From the NCBI RefSeq assembly GCF_001194135.2, contig NC_068988.1, positions 71,478,214 through 71,542,127 on the forward strand: a stretch of DNA of 63,914 nt, given 5' to 3'. The stretch is from Octopus bimaculoides. Its lineage: Eukaryota. Of the stretch, positions 12,760 through 24,973 are shown one piece after another (the stretch's first letter is position 1; each line of letters starts with the position of its first letter). A model generated the notes under the pieces. It saw only the letters and a list, made by a program, of their open reading frames with translations, searched no databases and was not told the DNA's origin. The translations under genes were made by a program, and so were the position numbers.

Positions 12760-14588
12760 CTCTTCATGTCAAACCAGCAGATGATCTGCAACAGTTTAAA
12801 CGGAACGTTAGTGGTATCCGACTCATCGCGCTCTCAGAAGTGCCTGTTTCTCATGTAGGCGCCTGCTGCATAAAGGCACATGCATACATTCTAACTGACG
12901 AGAATATGCATATCACGTAATTTCATCGTCTGGAAAAAAATTAGTGCGAAGCGTCCGGTCTCTGTGTACCAGTGAAATCTGGCTGCTACGATTTATGAAA
13001 TTTCAGCATCATCTTGTCAGGTACTGCTGTCGAAAATAGCCAAGCAGGCTTATCAAAATTTACTTTTTAGCGGCGGAAGTAGTGTTAATATTAAAAGGTA
13101 ATCTTATTATCCAACTTAACAGGGATATTTTGTTAGAAAACCGAATATTACGTTAATAGTCTTTAGAGATCTTCGCGTATAGGCTTTTGGTGCATAAAAG
13201 CACAAACATAGACCAAAGCAGAGAAGAATCATGTCATGAGCGCCGGAATTGCCATATCACGCGATTTCATTCTACTGGAAATCATCAGTGGAAAGCATGC
13301 TACTCAATTAAATCTCGCTGATATGATTTATAGAATATTAGTATTTTTTCAGACACTGATATCTCAAACAGCCAGCAGTTTTATTAAAAATGAATTACCG
13401 GTGACGGAAGTAGTATTAACAGCAAAAGGTATTAATATCAAGCACCGATACGAGAGGATCTCCCAAGGCTAATAACGATGTAATCAATGTTCTAACAAGA
13501 CATTCATGTTATGCTGGATACAGAAATTACCTTTTGGTATTAATTTTGCTTCCGTCACAAATAACAAACACACACTATATATATATATATATATATATAT
13601 ATNNNNNNNNNNNNNNNNNNNNNNNNNNNNNNNNNNNNNNNNNNNNNNNNNNNNNNNNNNNNNNNNNNNNNNNNNNNNNNNNNNNNNNNNNNNNNNNNNN
13701 NNNNNNNNNNNNNNNNNNNNNNNNNNNNNNNNNNNNNNNNNNNNNNNNNNNNNNNNNNNNNNNNNNNNNNNNNNNNNNNNNNNNNNNNNNNNNNNNNNNN
13801 NNNNNNNNNNNNNNNNNNNNNNNNNNNNNNNNNNNNNNNNNNNNNNNNNNNNNNNNNNNNNNNNNNNNNNNNNNNNNNNNNNNNNNNNNNNNNNNNNNNN
13901 NNNNNNNNNNNNNNNNNNNNNNNNNNNNNNNNNNNNNNNNNNNNNNNNNNNNNNNNNNNNNNNNNNNNNNNNNNNNNNNNNNNNNNNNNNNNNNNNNNNN
14001 NNNNNNNNNNNNNNNNNNNNNNNNNNNNNNNNNNNNNNNNNNNNNNNNNNNNNNNNNNNNNNNNNNNNNNNNNNNNNNNNNNNNNNNNNNNNNNNNNNNN
14101 NNNNNNNNNNNNNNNNNNNNNNNNNNNNNNNNNNNNNNNNNNNNNNNNNNNNNNNNNNNNNNNNNNNNNNNNNNNNNNNNNNNNNNNNNNNNNNNNNNNN
14201 NNNNNNNNNNNNNNNNNNNNNNNNNNNNNNNNNNNNNNNNNNNNNNNNNNNNNNNNNNNNNNNNNNNNNNNNNNNNNNNNNNNNNNNNNNNNNNNNNNNN
14301 NNNNNNNNNNNNNNNNNNNNNNNNNNNNNNNNNNNNNNNNNNNNNNNNNNNNNNNNNNNNNNNNNNNNNNNNNNNNNNNNNNNNNNNNNNNNNNNNNNNN
14401 NNNNNNNNNNNNNNNNNNNNNNNNNNNNNNNNNNNNNNNNNNNNNNNNNNNNNNNNNNNNNNNNNNNNNNNNNNNNNNNNNNNNNNNNNNNNNNNNNNNN
14501 NNNNNNNNNNNNNNNNNNNNNNNNNNNNNNNNNNNNNNNNNNNNNNNNNNNNNNNNNNNNNNNNNNNNNNNTATATATATATATAAAC

Positions 14589-14648
<60 letters not shown>

Positions 14649-15010
14649 TCTCCAAATCTAAACGGAATAAACTTAACAAGAGATCAATCATACAGAGGAA
14701 GAACAAGTTCGCGTGGTTTTAAAGATATCGTAGTAAAGTTTAGAATTCTTCTGATATAGATATGGATACGGCAGGGCTATGGATACATGTATATCATACA
14801 TACATCTAAATGCTGTTCACTTCTATTCAACCAAGTTGCTATCTTTCTTGAGAGGAAATTTTATCGGACAACATTCATTCTGTCTTAAAGCTATGATTAT
14901 GAAACACAACAACCTGACGGCTAGAAATGCATGAGTAATTACTAGTTACAGGTGAAAAGAGAGTAAGTGAACATAATATTTTATAGAAATGAAAAAAATG
15001 CTTGAATAGA

Positions 15011-15324
15011 TGTTCGTGCTGCTGATCGAGGTGAGAGGGGTAACTTCCCTTGGCAAACAGGACACAGTCGTGTGTCGATAAGCCAGCTGGAGGAGATGTC
15101 CTCCTGGGGCTAAAAGCAACAGTAACATCCACCCCTAGGGGTCAGCCACACTTAAGTGGCAATATACTACACTTTATCGTGCAGTTACTGTTAATACTTC
15201 ATTTAGAGAATTAACATTGCTTGTTTTCACCTTTTCAATATCAGTGAAGAATTTCACTGGAAAAGAAGATATAAGTTTGCCAGGTTTTTGTCTCTCTCAC
15301 CAAGGTCATCAGCTGTCGAACGCC
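15011..15324 (+). mobile_element. Hammerhead-containing ~345-nt repeat, copy 1, truncated by gap inside the ribozyme core
   Basis: Starts tgttcgtgctgctgatcgaggtgag (equals the post-cleavage sequence of copy 2) and ends gtcgaacgcc at an N gap, i.e. stem I plus the first two core bases. Confidence 0.7.
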
Positions 15325-15463
15325 NNNNNNNNNNNNNNNNNNNNNNNNNNNNNNNNNNNNNNNNNNNNNNNNNNNNNNNNNNNNNNNNNNNNNNNNNNNN
15401 NNNNNNNNNNNNNNNNNNNNNNNNNNNNNNNNNNNNNNNNNNNNNNNNNNNNNNNNNNNNNNN

Positions 15464-15522
<59 letters not shown>

Positions 15523-16399
15523 ACAACGGGCTTCTTTTCATTTACCATCACCACTGACGAAGTTTTATAGCGCCTGAGGCTATGATAAAACCCAGAACTA
15601 TGTGGTTTTGAAGCTAACATTTTATCACCTACCCACCTTTTAATTATGCTTTGATCCCCATCTACAGCAATTTTGAAATTCATCTCTTTGAATAAGTGAT
15701 GAAATCCATTACCTTGTTTTACAAAACGTGTAGTTCTTCATAACAAAGAATGAGAAACACTGCAGAGAAGAGTCTCGAGCAAAATAAGTCTTAGAGTACA
15801 ATTCTGTTAATTCACAACCACAGTTCCATCGTGCAATCTCTTATCTACATAAAGTAATTTATAGCCACTATGTTTAACCTCAAAATAATCGTGATATACT
15901 AAAACTTGTTCAGCACCCGTAATATGGTTTGAATGTTTAAATATATTGAAAGAATTCTGATCCTTTCTGCAAAAGTGATTTAGTGAGAGACATTATCGAT
16001 TTTAAGAATGTTAAGCGATATAAATGTATAAATGGGCTTGTTAACTACATTACTGATGTGTCTGGTAACCGATCAGCTATTATTACATAGCAGGAAGAAA
16101 TTTAACTGTCGAGTGCTGAAAATTAGAGAATCGAAAATATTTTACTTGCACTATCTATTTAATTTTCTCAGATTTTAAACTGGTGAATGTTTTAAAATGC
16201 ATATTGTATGAAGCACTAAATTTCCTACTCTACTATCTGTTTTAACCAAGTTGCTATTGCTTCTACTTCTAAATGAATAGCTTGGTAACTGATAGAGCGG
16301 ATATCCTAATAGCCATACGTGATGTTTATGATGTGTACAACTATTAGTTTCATACAGAACTTTAGAATATTTTGTGTGAAGAAACATGAATTTGTTAAA

Positions 16400-17281
16400 T
16401 ATGAGGTCTGATCAATAAGTATACGGACTGTTGCCATAGTAACGAAGCTAAAGCACGCAGAGTAAGCCGCTTGGCACAGTCTCACCTTCATTTCTGTTGT
16501 GCATGCGCACTAAGTTTTAATGTTGTAGTTCACTTTCATTGTTTGCAGCAGTGCTTGAAAGCAACGTTTGTCGCGTGTGATCGTCGCATTTAACATGACA
16601 GAGAAAGTTGTCAGAGACTTACGCAAAGTTACAGAAAGTGTATAGAGAGGGGTTTATGAGCCGCACACAAGTGTACGAATGGTTCAGACATTTTCAAGAT
16701 GAATGAAACAATGCCGATATTGATGAACATTTTGGGAGACCTGTAACCAGCAGAACTGAGAAAAACATCGCAGTTGTGCCTGCAGCTGTGAGCGGAAATC
16801 GACGAATCATCATCTGTGAGTTATCAGAAGATGTGCAGATTAGTTACTGTTCAGTTCAGTTCATTATCCCTGGAGATTTGGGTATGAGACGCGTGTCTGC
16901 CAAGTTTGTGCCAAAACTGCTTTCAGCTGACCAATAAGACACTCGGGTTTCAGTTGCACAAGACCTCCTTGATCGTGTCGAGAACGATGAAAACTTTCTG
17001 AAAACTTTGCGTAGGCTTTTGATCAGGTATTGCCAAGCTTTTGGCAAAATTTGACGAAGATTCTATGCTCAACTTTCTTTGTCTTGGTCAATGCAACGAT
17101 CACAGGCTACACGCCTTCCCTCAAAGCACTGCTGTAAACAGCGGAAGTGAGCTACAAAGCTAAAACGTAGTGCACATGCAGAATAGAGTTCAAAGTCAAT
17201 CTGCACCGAACGCCTTTACGCTGCGTGCTTCAACTTCGATACTATGGTAACAGTCCGTATACTTATTGATCAGGCCACGTA
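16400..17281 (+). mobile_element. Mariner-derived fold-back element with ~250-bp inverted arms
   Basis: tatgaggtctgatcaataagtatacggactgtt at 16400 and its near-perfect complement ending 17281; N-terminal transposase remnant MRRVSAKFVPKLLSADQ*DTRVSVAQDLL; catalytic region replaced by an inverted copy of the 5' end. Confidence 0.85.
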
Positions 17282-17369
17282 TTTGTGGAATAAGTTCTGA
17301 GAATTGTTTCAAACTCAACTTTTCATAGTTAATTGTGATTAGTTCTTTCTTACAGATAACATTGAGACA

Positions 17370-17700
17370 AAACATTACATTTGGCTCAATAAATTTCCTT
17401 GAAGTTTCTCACAACATATGTAAACTATTCAGGGACGTAAAACGCCATTCTACTATTTCACTCTTTCTATAGCAACCAGCGATTGAGGCACAATACACTT
17501 TCCCAGCCTGCACGGAATGCTAGCTAGATCTCTTTCAAAGCACAGCCTGCCGCCTAGAAATAGAGGCATTGCTCTTTTGTTGTCCTGAGTTATCTGCACA
17601 TAGACGGGTACGAGAGGGGTACGAATAGAATGCTCGGTCAGAGATGATCTGACATTAAACAACAAAGACTACTATTTAAATATATCTGAAATTTATAGAA
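17370..17700 (-). mobile_element. Possible decayed mariner C-terminal fragment
   Basis: Weak LGGRLCF and RW..C...G.Y-like remnants plus a TIR-like end; very degenerate. Confidence 0.3.
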
Positions 17701-17958
17701 TATTGATATTAGAAATTATAACTTTCGGCCCATTATAGAATACGCGTCATTATCCTTATTGACTTCTGAAGGGATTATTTCCCTTTCGCAGAAGGATAAC
17801 TTTCGATCACAACATTTTGCTATTTTGAATACAAGACTACATGACAAATAAATAGTGAAAAGTGTGTGCGCGCGCACACACACACACACAAACACACAGG
17901 AACACATGCACGCACACACATATATATGTGCACATATATATTTATATATATACACTTT

Positions 17959-18024
<66 letters not shown>

Positions 18025-18155
18025 NNNNNNNNNNNNNNNNNNNNNNNNNNNNNNNNNNNNNNNNNNNNNNNNNNNNNNNNNNNNNNNNNNNNNNNNNNNN
18101 NNNNNNNNNNNNNNNNNNNNNNNNNNNNNNNNNNNNNNNNNNNNNNNNNNNNNNN

Positions 18156-18203
<48 letters not shown>

Positions 18204-18934
18204 TTATATATATATATATAAAACATAATTGAGATTCAGTTGAATTAGGTACTTAAGTTGAAGTACCAAGTCATTCTGGTATTGTCCGCACATCTCGAAG
18301 GTGAATAAAATCAAAATAAGCAACAAGATACCAAGTAATGATGCAGTACGACTGTTTCAAGCGACTCCATTTAATTGCACAATGCAATCATTACACCAAT
18401 TTAAATGCAATGCCATCATCAGCTGAACAAATAAATAGATAAGTAGAATTTTAACCTGTTGGACTTTGCGTGTTTATTGTACTCTGCAGCTCATATCCAG
18501 TCACAATAAAATGAGTTAGGGATTATTTGGTTGACTTTGTATTTGCAAGATATTACGTCTAGTGTTCGAAGTTATTTTTCTACTCTATGTTTTCTTGTCT
18601 GTTTTTCATTTCATTAACAATATTCTTAATGTATGTATCGAAGTAGACTTTTTTATTTTTTGTATAAATGATATAAATAATTTAAACAATTACAATTCTA
18701 GGCTTTTTAAAATTAAATTTGATCTAATTTGCCCGAGCAAATTAATTAACTAAACTGATATAGGAATAATAATCTGTAAGCAGGGTTTTCGTAAATGAAA
18801 ACCTAAATTATTGAGATAAATTGATTTAAATTAAGGAAGGTTTAAAACTCATATTCAGCTTTTCACTATTCACAGATAATTTTCTTTCATAAACAAAATG
18901 TTTAAACGAACTATATTAAAATATAAATAATAAT

Positions 18935-18995
18935 AAAATAGAATTGAATTAAACAAAATAGAATTGAATTAAACAAAATAGAATTGAATTAAACA
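18935..18995 (+). repeat. 20-bp minisatellite aaaatagaattgaattaaac x3
   Basis: Direct reading. Confidence 0.9.
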
Positions 18996-20844
18996 ATAAT
19001 TATTGAATTCTTCCATTATGAGGTTTTTCATTTTGACTTTCGTTTACAATTTTGTTTCCAATTAAATGAGGTTCAGATTTTATTAATGCAATATTAATTA
19101 TTCCGATTTCCTTCTCCACTTACTATTTATAATTACTTTTCCATGTTTAGAACAAGTCTGAAAGTTAGAAATCTCACATATCTTGCGGCCAATGTAAGCG
19201 TTTATACAAGCTGAGTCGCTTTTTTAGAGAAACATCATTTTTCATACTCTGTCTTACGTAGATGTTTATAACACTTATAATATTTTATGGCAAAAATTTT
19301 AGTAGTTCCCATATTTATAATTTATAATTTGGTTCATGGAATTATTTGAATCGCTGTGAAGAGCCTTTCTTTATTAGAGATTACTTCATAAAATTTACAA
19401 TTGGTATTTAACTGTACTAGCAATGACGTTGATAACATCAGATATGTTTCAGTTTTAGTGATTCAGTTTAGAGCAACGTTCTATTTCTTTCCTTGTTCGC
19501 TAGACAGTAGACTGTGGATCTCACTACCTCTTGTCACGATAAAGATAGCACAGTTAAAAAAATAATGGCAAACAAAAAGGATTTGCCTATATAACTTGAA
19601 AGATATGAGTTGTGTCGTTAATCAAGTTGGCAGGTATTTCAGAAACACTAACTTAACTGGATCCTAGAGTTTTATGATAATTTTTTTTATGCACGATTAT
19701 GGCTACGATTTCTTCAACTGAAACCATTATTGTTACCAAATATACTAAGGACAATGAGTGGTTGTCCAATGGAAGAACCATTTGTGTATAAGACTTAATC
19801 ACATGCGTCTTCACCTTAAAATAAATTATTGTCAAAGTATATTTGTTTCAATGGGCGATATCCTTCTCCCACAATATTTTCGTACCGATAGAAGAGATCA
19901 ATATTATATTCTTTACAAATTGTTGGGTTTAAGAATTTGTAGACAGGCGGAGTGATGAGTTCAAATACTACCGATGTAATACTACAGTAATCATGCTCTG
20001 AAGTAAATATATCGACTAAACGTTGTGAAGAATTATATAAACGGTATGGAGTAATTGAGTCTACAATACAAACTCTATTCTATTCTATACTCGTAGCTAA
20101 GATATCATTGTACCACTTCTGCTTCTTGTAGCCAGTATTTCTAGCTCCAGAAATAAACTTGCGGTGAGAAAGACAGATTTGTTATTATATCGGTATAATA
20201 AAACTTTCGGTAAAGGCTAAGAGCCGTTTCTTTTTAAGTTCTTAGAAAACCTAACTCAACACAGAGTTTTAATTTCAGTTTGAAGCTTTTTCTATACACT
20301 AATATTGATGATGTCCTTGAGAGAGGACAATTTCTTTAATGATTTGTCCAGTTTAAATATAATCCTCTTGCCTTGTGAGTAAGAATTAATTATAAATTAA
20401 ATATTACAAATGGTATACGCTAGATAGTGTTAAAAATACAAATCAAGTTATTGCTTGAAGTTCAAAGCAACTTATATAATGTTATTGTAACAGAACTTTA
20501 GAACACTGTGCAACGTATTAGTAGTTCTATATGGCATGTTCAAATTTGTGTCATTCATATCTTAAGAGAATTACTAAAAATAATAGATTTAAAATCGTGT
20601 CGTGAGCATGGTTTATTGTATTCTATTCTTATTTAAAATCACGTTTGTGAAACATAATCGTTGTCGGTTACATAACGCCAACTAACCAGGCGCTGGTTCA
20701 CTGAATTTCTGTGAGTTAGAATGAAATCGGTTTGTTCAGCTCAGAGAAACAATTACTATAGAGGGAGATTTAATTCTAAATCACTATTCTGATGTTATTT
20801 TGGATTTAGGCGCTGATCTTAACATTTTGCAATGGTATACGGCC

Positions 20845-20865
20845 ACGCGCACGCACGCACGAACG

Positions 20866-20945
<80 letters not shown>
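20845..20945 (+). repeat. (CA)n microsatellite with CGCA leader
   Basis: Direct reading; similar (CA)/(TA)/(GT)/(GA) tracts at 1-33, 5348-5403, 14589-14643, 17963-18024, 40902-41028, 55080-55257 and at most gap edges. Confidence 0.95.
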
Positions 20946-20952
<7 letters not shown>

Positions 20953-22179
20953 TAGACGTTGATTTTCTGTTCTCCTGAACGATGAACATTTATTTATTCA
21001 GCAACTTCAACTCCTCCTCATAAAACTAGTAGATATTGTGTATAAATAAATATATACGTGTAACATCAACAGAATTCTTACACCTTTGACGTATATTTAT
21101 GCAGGACATTTTAAGTGTATTTCTATGTTTATTCGTGTATATACACAAGTATAGTAATATATACATCTATGCACATACGGACGTATTGCATATAATATAT
21201 ATATCTTTTAGAAAATCATAAATCCGGAGAAGCACACTCAAAGAAGTGGAGCATTCTATACTTATTACTGGTGAAGGCCTTCACCAGAAATATATATATA
21301 CATACATACATATATACATATATATATATATTTATATATATATNNNNNNNNNNTTTTTCACAGAAGAGCTAAGAAAAGGGGGAGAAAGAACGGTGATCGA
21401 AGAACGAGGGGCTGTGTGTGTGGGAGATAGAATGCTGGTGATCTTGACGTATGTGTGTGTGTGGAAATGGGGAAGGGAGAAAGGAGTTGGTCAGTTGTCG
21501 TGTGTGCGTAGTGTGATGTGAGGGTGTTGGTGTGATGTGATGTGAGGGTGTTGGGAGGTGGAGAAGGCATGGGTGGAGTGTTGGTTAGGCTTAGGGTGGG
21601 TGTAGAGGTGGGGGTATGTGGNNNNNNNNNNNNNNNNNNNNNNNNNNNNNNNNNNNNNNNNNNNNNNNNNNNNNNNNNNNNNNNNNNNNNNNNNNNNNNN
21701 NNNNNNNNNNNNNNNNNNNNNNNNNNNNNNNNNNNNNNNNNNNNNNNNNNNNNNNNNNNNNNNNNNNNNNNNNNNNNNNNNNNNNNNNNNNNNNNNNNNN
21801 NNNNNNNNNNNNNNNNNNNNNNNNNNNNNNNNNNNNNNNNNNNNNNNNNNNNNNNNNNNNNNNNNNNNNNNNNNNNNNNNNNNNNNNNNNNNNNNNNNNN
21901 NNNNNNNNNNNNNNNNNNNNNNNNNNNNNNNNNNNNNNNNNNNNNNNNNNNNNNNNNNNNNNNNNNNNNNNNNNNNNNNNNNNNNNNNNNNNNNNNNNNN
22001 NNNNNNNNNNNNNNNNNNNNNNNNNNNNNNNNNNNNNNNNNNNNNNNNNNNNNNNNNNNNNNNNNNNNNNNNNNNNNNNNNNNNNNNNNNNNNNNNNNNN
22101 NNNNNNNNNNNNNNNNNNNNNNNNNNNNNNNNNNNNNNNNNNNNNNNNNNNNNNNNNNNNNNNNNNNNNNNNNNNNNNN

Positions 22180-22233
<54 letters not shown>

Positions 22234-22861
22234 GTATATATATACATTCACACACACACTCAAAGATATCTCTATAAGTACATGTTTATATCTATGCATA
22301 CATACACACACCACCCATGCATAAGTGCATATTATGCTTTTTTTAAATAATTAATTAATATAATTAAAGATTCATCTCCGTGGTTAAATAGATTGGGAAA
22401 GGGTTGGTCAGTTTAGCCACTACTCATGAGTATTTGTCCTTCAGACTACAAAAAAAGGAATTTAAAAAGAAAAAGCAAGTCACAATGCTCTCACAATTAT
22501 ATTTCCAAGTTTATCTATTTCTGGTAGGCTATTTTGTTTTGAATGTATTTTAAAACTCCAACCTGGAATTTTCTAAAAGAAAAGTGAGCCAAGTACAGAA
22601 GAGGGAAAACAGCTGTTCTTACAGAATTTCGGAATCTAGAGTAAGGTCCAACAACAATGTGGTAAAAAGGTTTTAGCAACAGTTTGAGATCATCTTTAAC
22701 ATATATACAATCAAATCCATATAGAATTCTTATAGGTGGAATTTCAAAAAAAAATATATATATAGTTATGTAAATTTGCTGTGGCCTTTTATTGTGAAGT
22801 ATAGTTCTGTTATTTTTCGGAACTTTGAATTTTCCTTCATTTTCCGAATGTTTCCTTTTTT

Positions 22862-23091
22862 TCAAGCGTTTAGTTTTGGTGTGAACTTCTTTATGACGTG
22901 TAGTCCCATTGTTGTCCGGAAGTTTAGGTCGTTCCTCGAGTATTTGTAGAAGGGGAACATTTTGAATATTCCTTCTTCCACATATTTCCAAATGTTTGCT
23001 CAGTAGAATTTTCCGTAGCTCCTCTTGTCGGATGCGCTGTCTGGATTCTTGCACGTTGGCAAAAGAAATTGTTGGTTTCTCCAATATAATG
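22862..23091 (-). mobile_element. Penelope-like element GIY-YIG endonuclease C-terminal fragment
   Basis: HYIGETNNF..RARI, IRQEELRKILLSKHLEICG, LRTTMGLHVIKKFTPKLNA* after two frameshifts; matches the YIG.T...R...H...SKH...C...R...I.K..P.LN pattern; probable 3' UTR continues toward ~22500. Confidence 0.7.
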
Positions 23092-23191
23092 TGTATGTGT
23101 GTGTGTGTATGCATGTGTGTGTATATATGTGTGTGTATGTATATGTAAGTATATATATATGTACGTGTGTGCATGTGTGTATATGTGTATG

Positions 23192-23233
<42 letters not shown>

Positions 23234-23279
23234 CATACACATATACACACATGCACACATGCACACATATACACACATG

Positions 23280-23310
<31 letters not shown>

Positions 23311-24240
23311 NNNNNNNNNNNNNNNNNNNNNNNNNNNNNNNNNNNNNNNNNNNNNNNNNNNNNNNNNNNNNNNNNNNNNNNNNNNNNNNNNNNNNNNNNN
23401 NNNNNNNNNNNNNNNNNNNNNNNNNNNNNNNNNNNNNNNNNNNNNNNNNNNNNNNNNNNNNNNNNNNNNNNNNNNNNNNNNNNNNNNNNNNNNNNNNNNN
23501 NNNNNNNNNNNNNNNNNNNNNNNNNNNNNNNNNNNNNNNNNNNNNNNNNNNNNNNNNNNNNNNNNNNNNNNNNNNNNNNNNNNNNNNNNNNNNNNNNNNN
23601 NNNNNNNNNNNNNNNNNNNNNNNNNNNNNNNNNNNNNNNNNNNNNNNNNNNNNNNNNNNNNNNNNNNNNNNNNNNNNNNNNNNNNNNNNNNNNNNNNNNN
23701 NNNNNNNNNNNNNNNNNNNNNNNNNNNNNNNNNNNNNNNNNNNNNNNNNNNNNNNNNNNNNNNNNNNNNNNNNNNNNNNNNNNNNNNNNNNNNNNNNNNN
23801 NNNNNNNNNNNNNNNNNNNNNNNNNNNNNNNNNNNNNNNNNNNNNNNNNNNNNNNNNNNNNNNNNNNNNNNNNNNNNNNNNNNNNNNNNNNNNNNNNNNN
23901 NNNNNNNNNNNNNNNNNNNNNNNNNNNNNNNNNNNNNNNNNNNNNNNNNNNNNNNNNNNNNNNNNNNNNNNNNNNNNNNNNNNNNNNNNNNNNNNNNNNN
24001 NNNNNNNNNNNNNNNNNNNNNNNNNNNNNNNNNNNNNNNNNNNNNNNNNNNNNNNNNNNNNNNNNNNNNNNNNNNNNNNNNNNNNNNNNNNNNNNNNNNN
24101 NNNNNNNNNNNNNNNNNNNNNNNNNNNNNNNNNNNNNNNNNNNNNNNNNNNNNNNNNNNNNNNNNNNNNNNNNNNNNNNNNNNNNNNTCATTCTGACTAC
24201 TTTAATACTCTATATATGTATATATATATATATATATATA

Positions 24241-24683
24241 TACTCTTTTATTCTTTTACTTGTTTTACTCACTTGACTGCGACCATGCTGGAGCACCGCC
24301 TTTAGTAGAGCAAATCGACCACAGAACTTATCCTTTGTAATCCTAGTAGTTATTCTATCCGTCTCTTTGGCTGAATCGCTAAGATACCGTGAAGTAAACA
24401 CTCCAGCATCGGTTGTCAAGTGATGTTAGGGGGACAAACAGATACATAAACATGCACACACACAAATATACACGCACATATATATGTAACCCTGTCGTAT
24501 ATATATACGACGGGCTTTTTGCAGGTTCCATCTAACAAATCTACTCACAACCCATTGTGAGTAGATTTGGCCAGCCCAAGGCTATAGTAGAAAAACACTT
24601 CCCCAAGATTCCACACTATAGGTCTGAACCTAGAACCATGTGGATTGTAAGCAAGCTACTTACTACACAGCCACTTCTGCGCT

Positions 24684-24685
<2 letters not shown>
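24241..24685 (-). mobile_element. SINE family A, full length, with internal inverted duplications
   Basis: Aligns with 49358-49898 and 57276-57480. Confidence 0.85.
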
Positions 24686-24744
<59 letters not shown>

Positions 24745-24748
<4 letters not shown>

Positions 24749-24846
24749 GAAGGCAGACACTTTCTCAAGTTGTTATGCAACAACACAGTGAATCTGGAAC
24801 CATGTGGCTACAAGCCAACTTCTTTTCACATAGCTACGCTTGCGCA
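24745..24846 (-). mobile_element. SINE family A head fragment
   Basis: ggaaccatgtgg...cacatagctacgcttgcgc matches the family A 5' end. Confidence 0.65.
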
Positions 24847-24937
24847 TATATTTTTTTCATATTGGAAGATACAGACCGGCACGAAGCCACATGTTCCCAG
24901 AATAAATGCTATTAACCTCAGCACACACCCACAAACC

Positions 24938-24973
<36 letters not shown>

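Noticed and set aside
12830-12900. LRSACFSCRRLL, reminiscent of the RNA polymerase largest-subunit zinc site
   Set aside because: Closed by a stop within 10 codons, no splice context or further motifs; probably chance.
13506-14759. Long ORFs in the track (also 21358-22350, 22515-24305, 57309-57988, 59570-60364, 62209-63288)
   Set aside because: They are open only because they cross N gaps or (TA)/(CA) repeats.
18330-18375. GAAACaGTC half-motif on the minus strand
   Set aside because: The matching CUGANGA and stem I partner are absent; at most a truncated repeat end.
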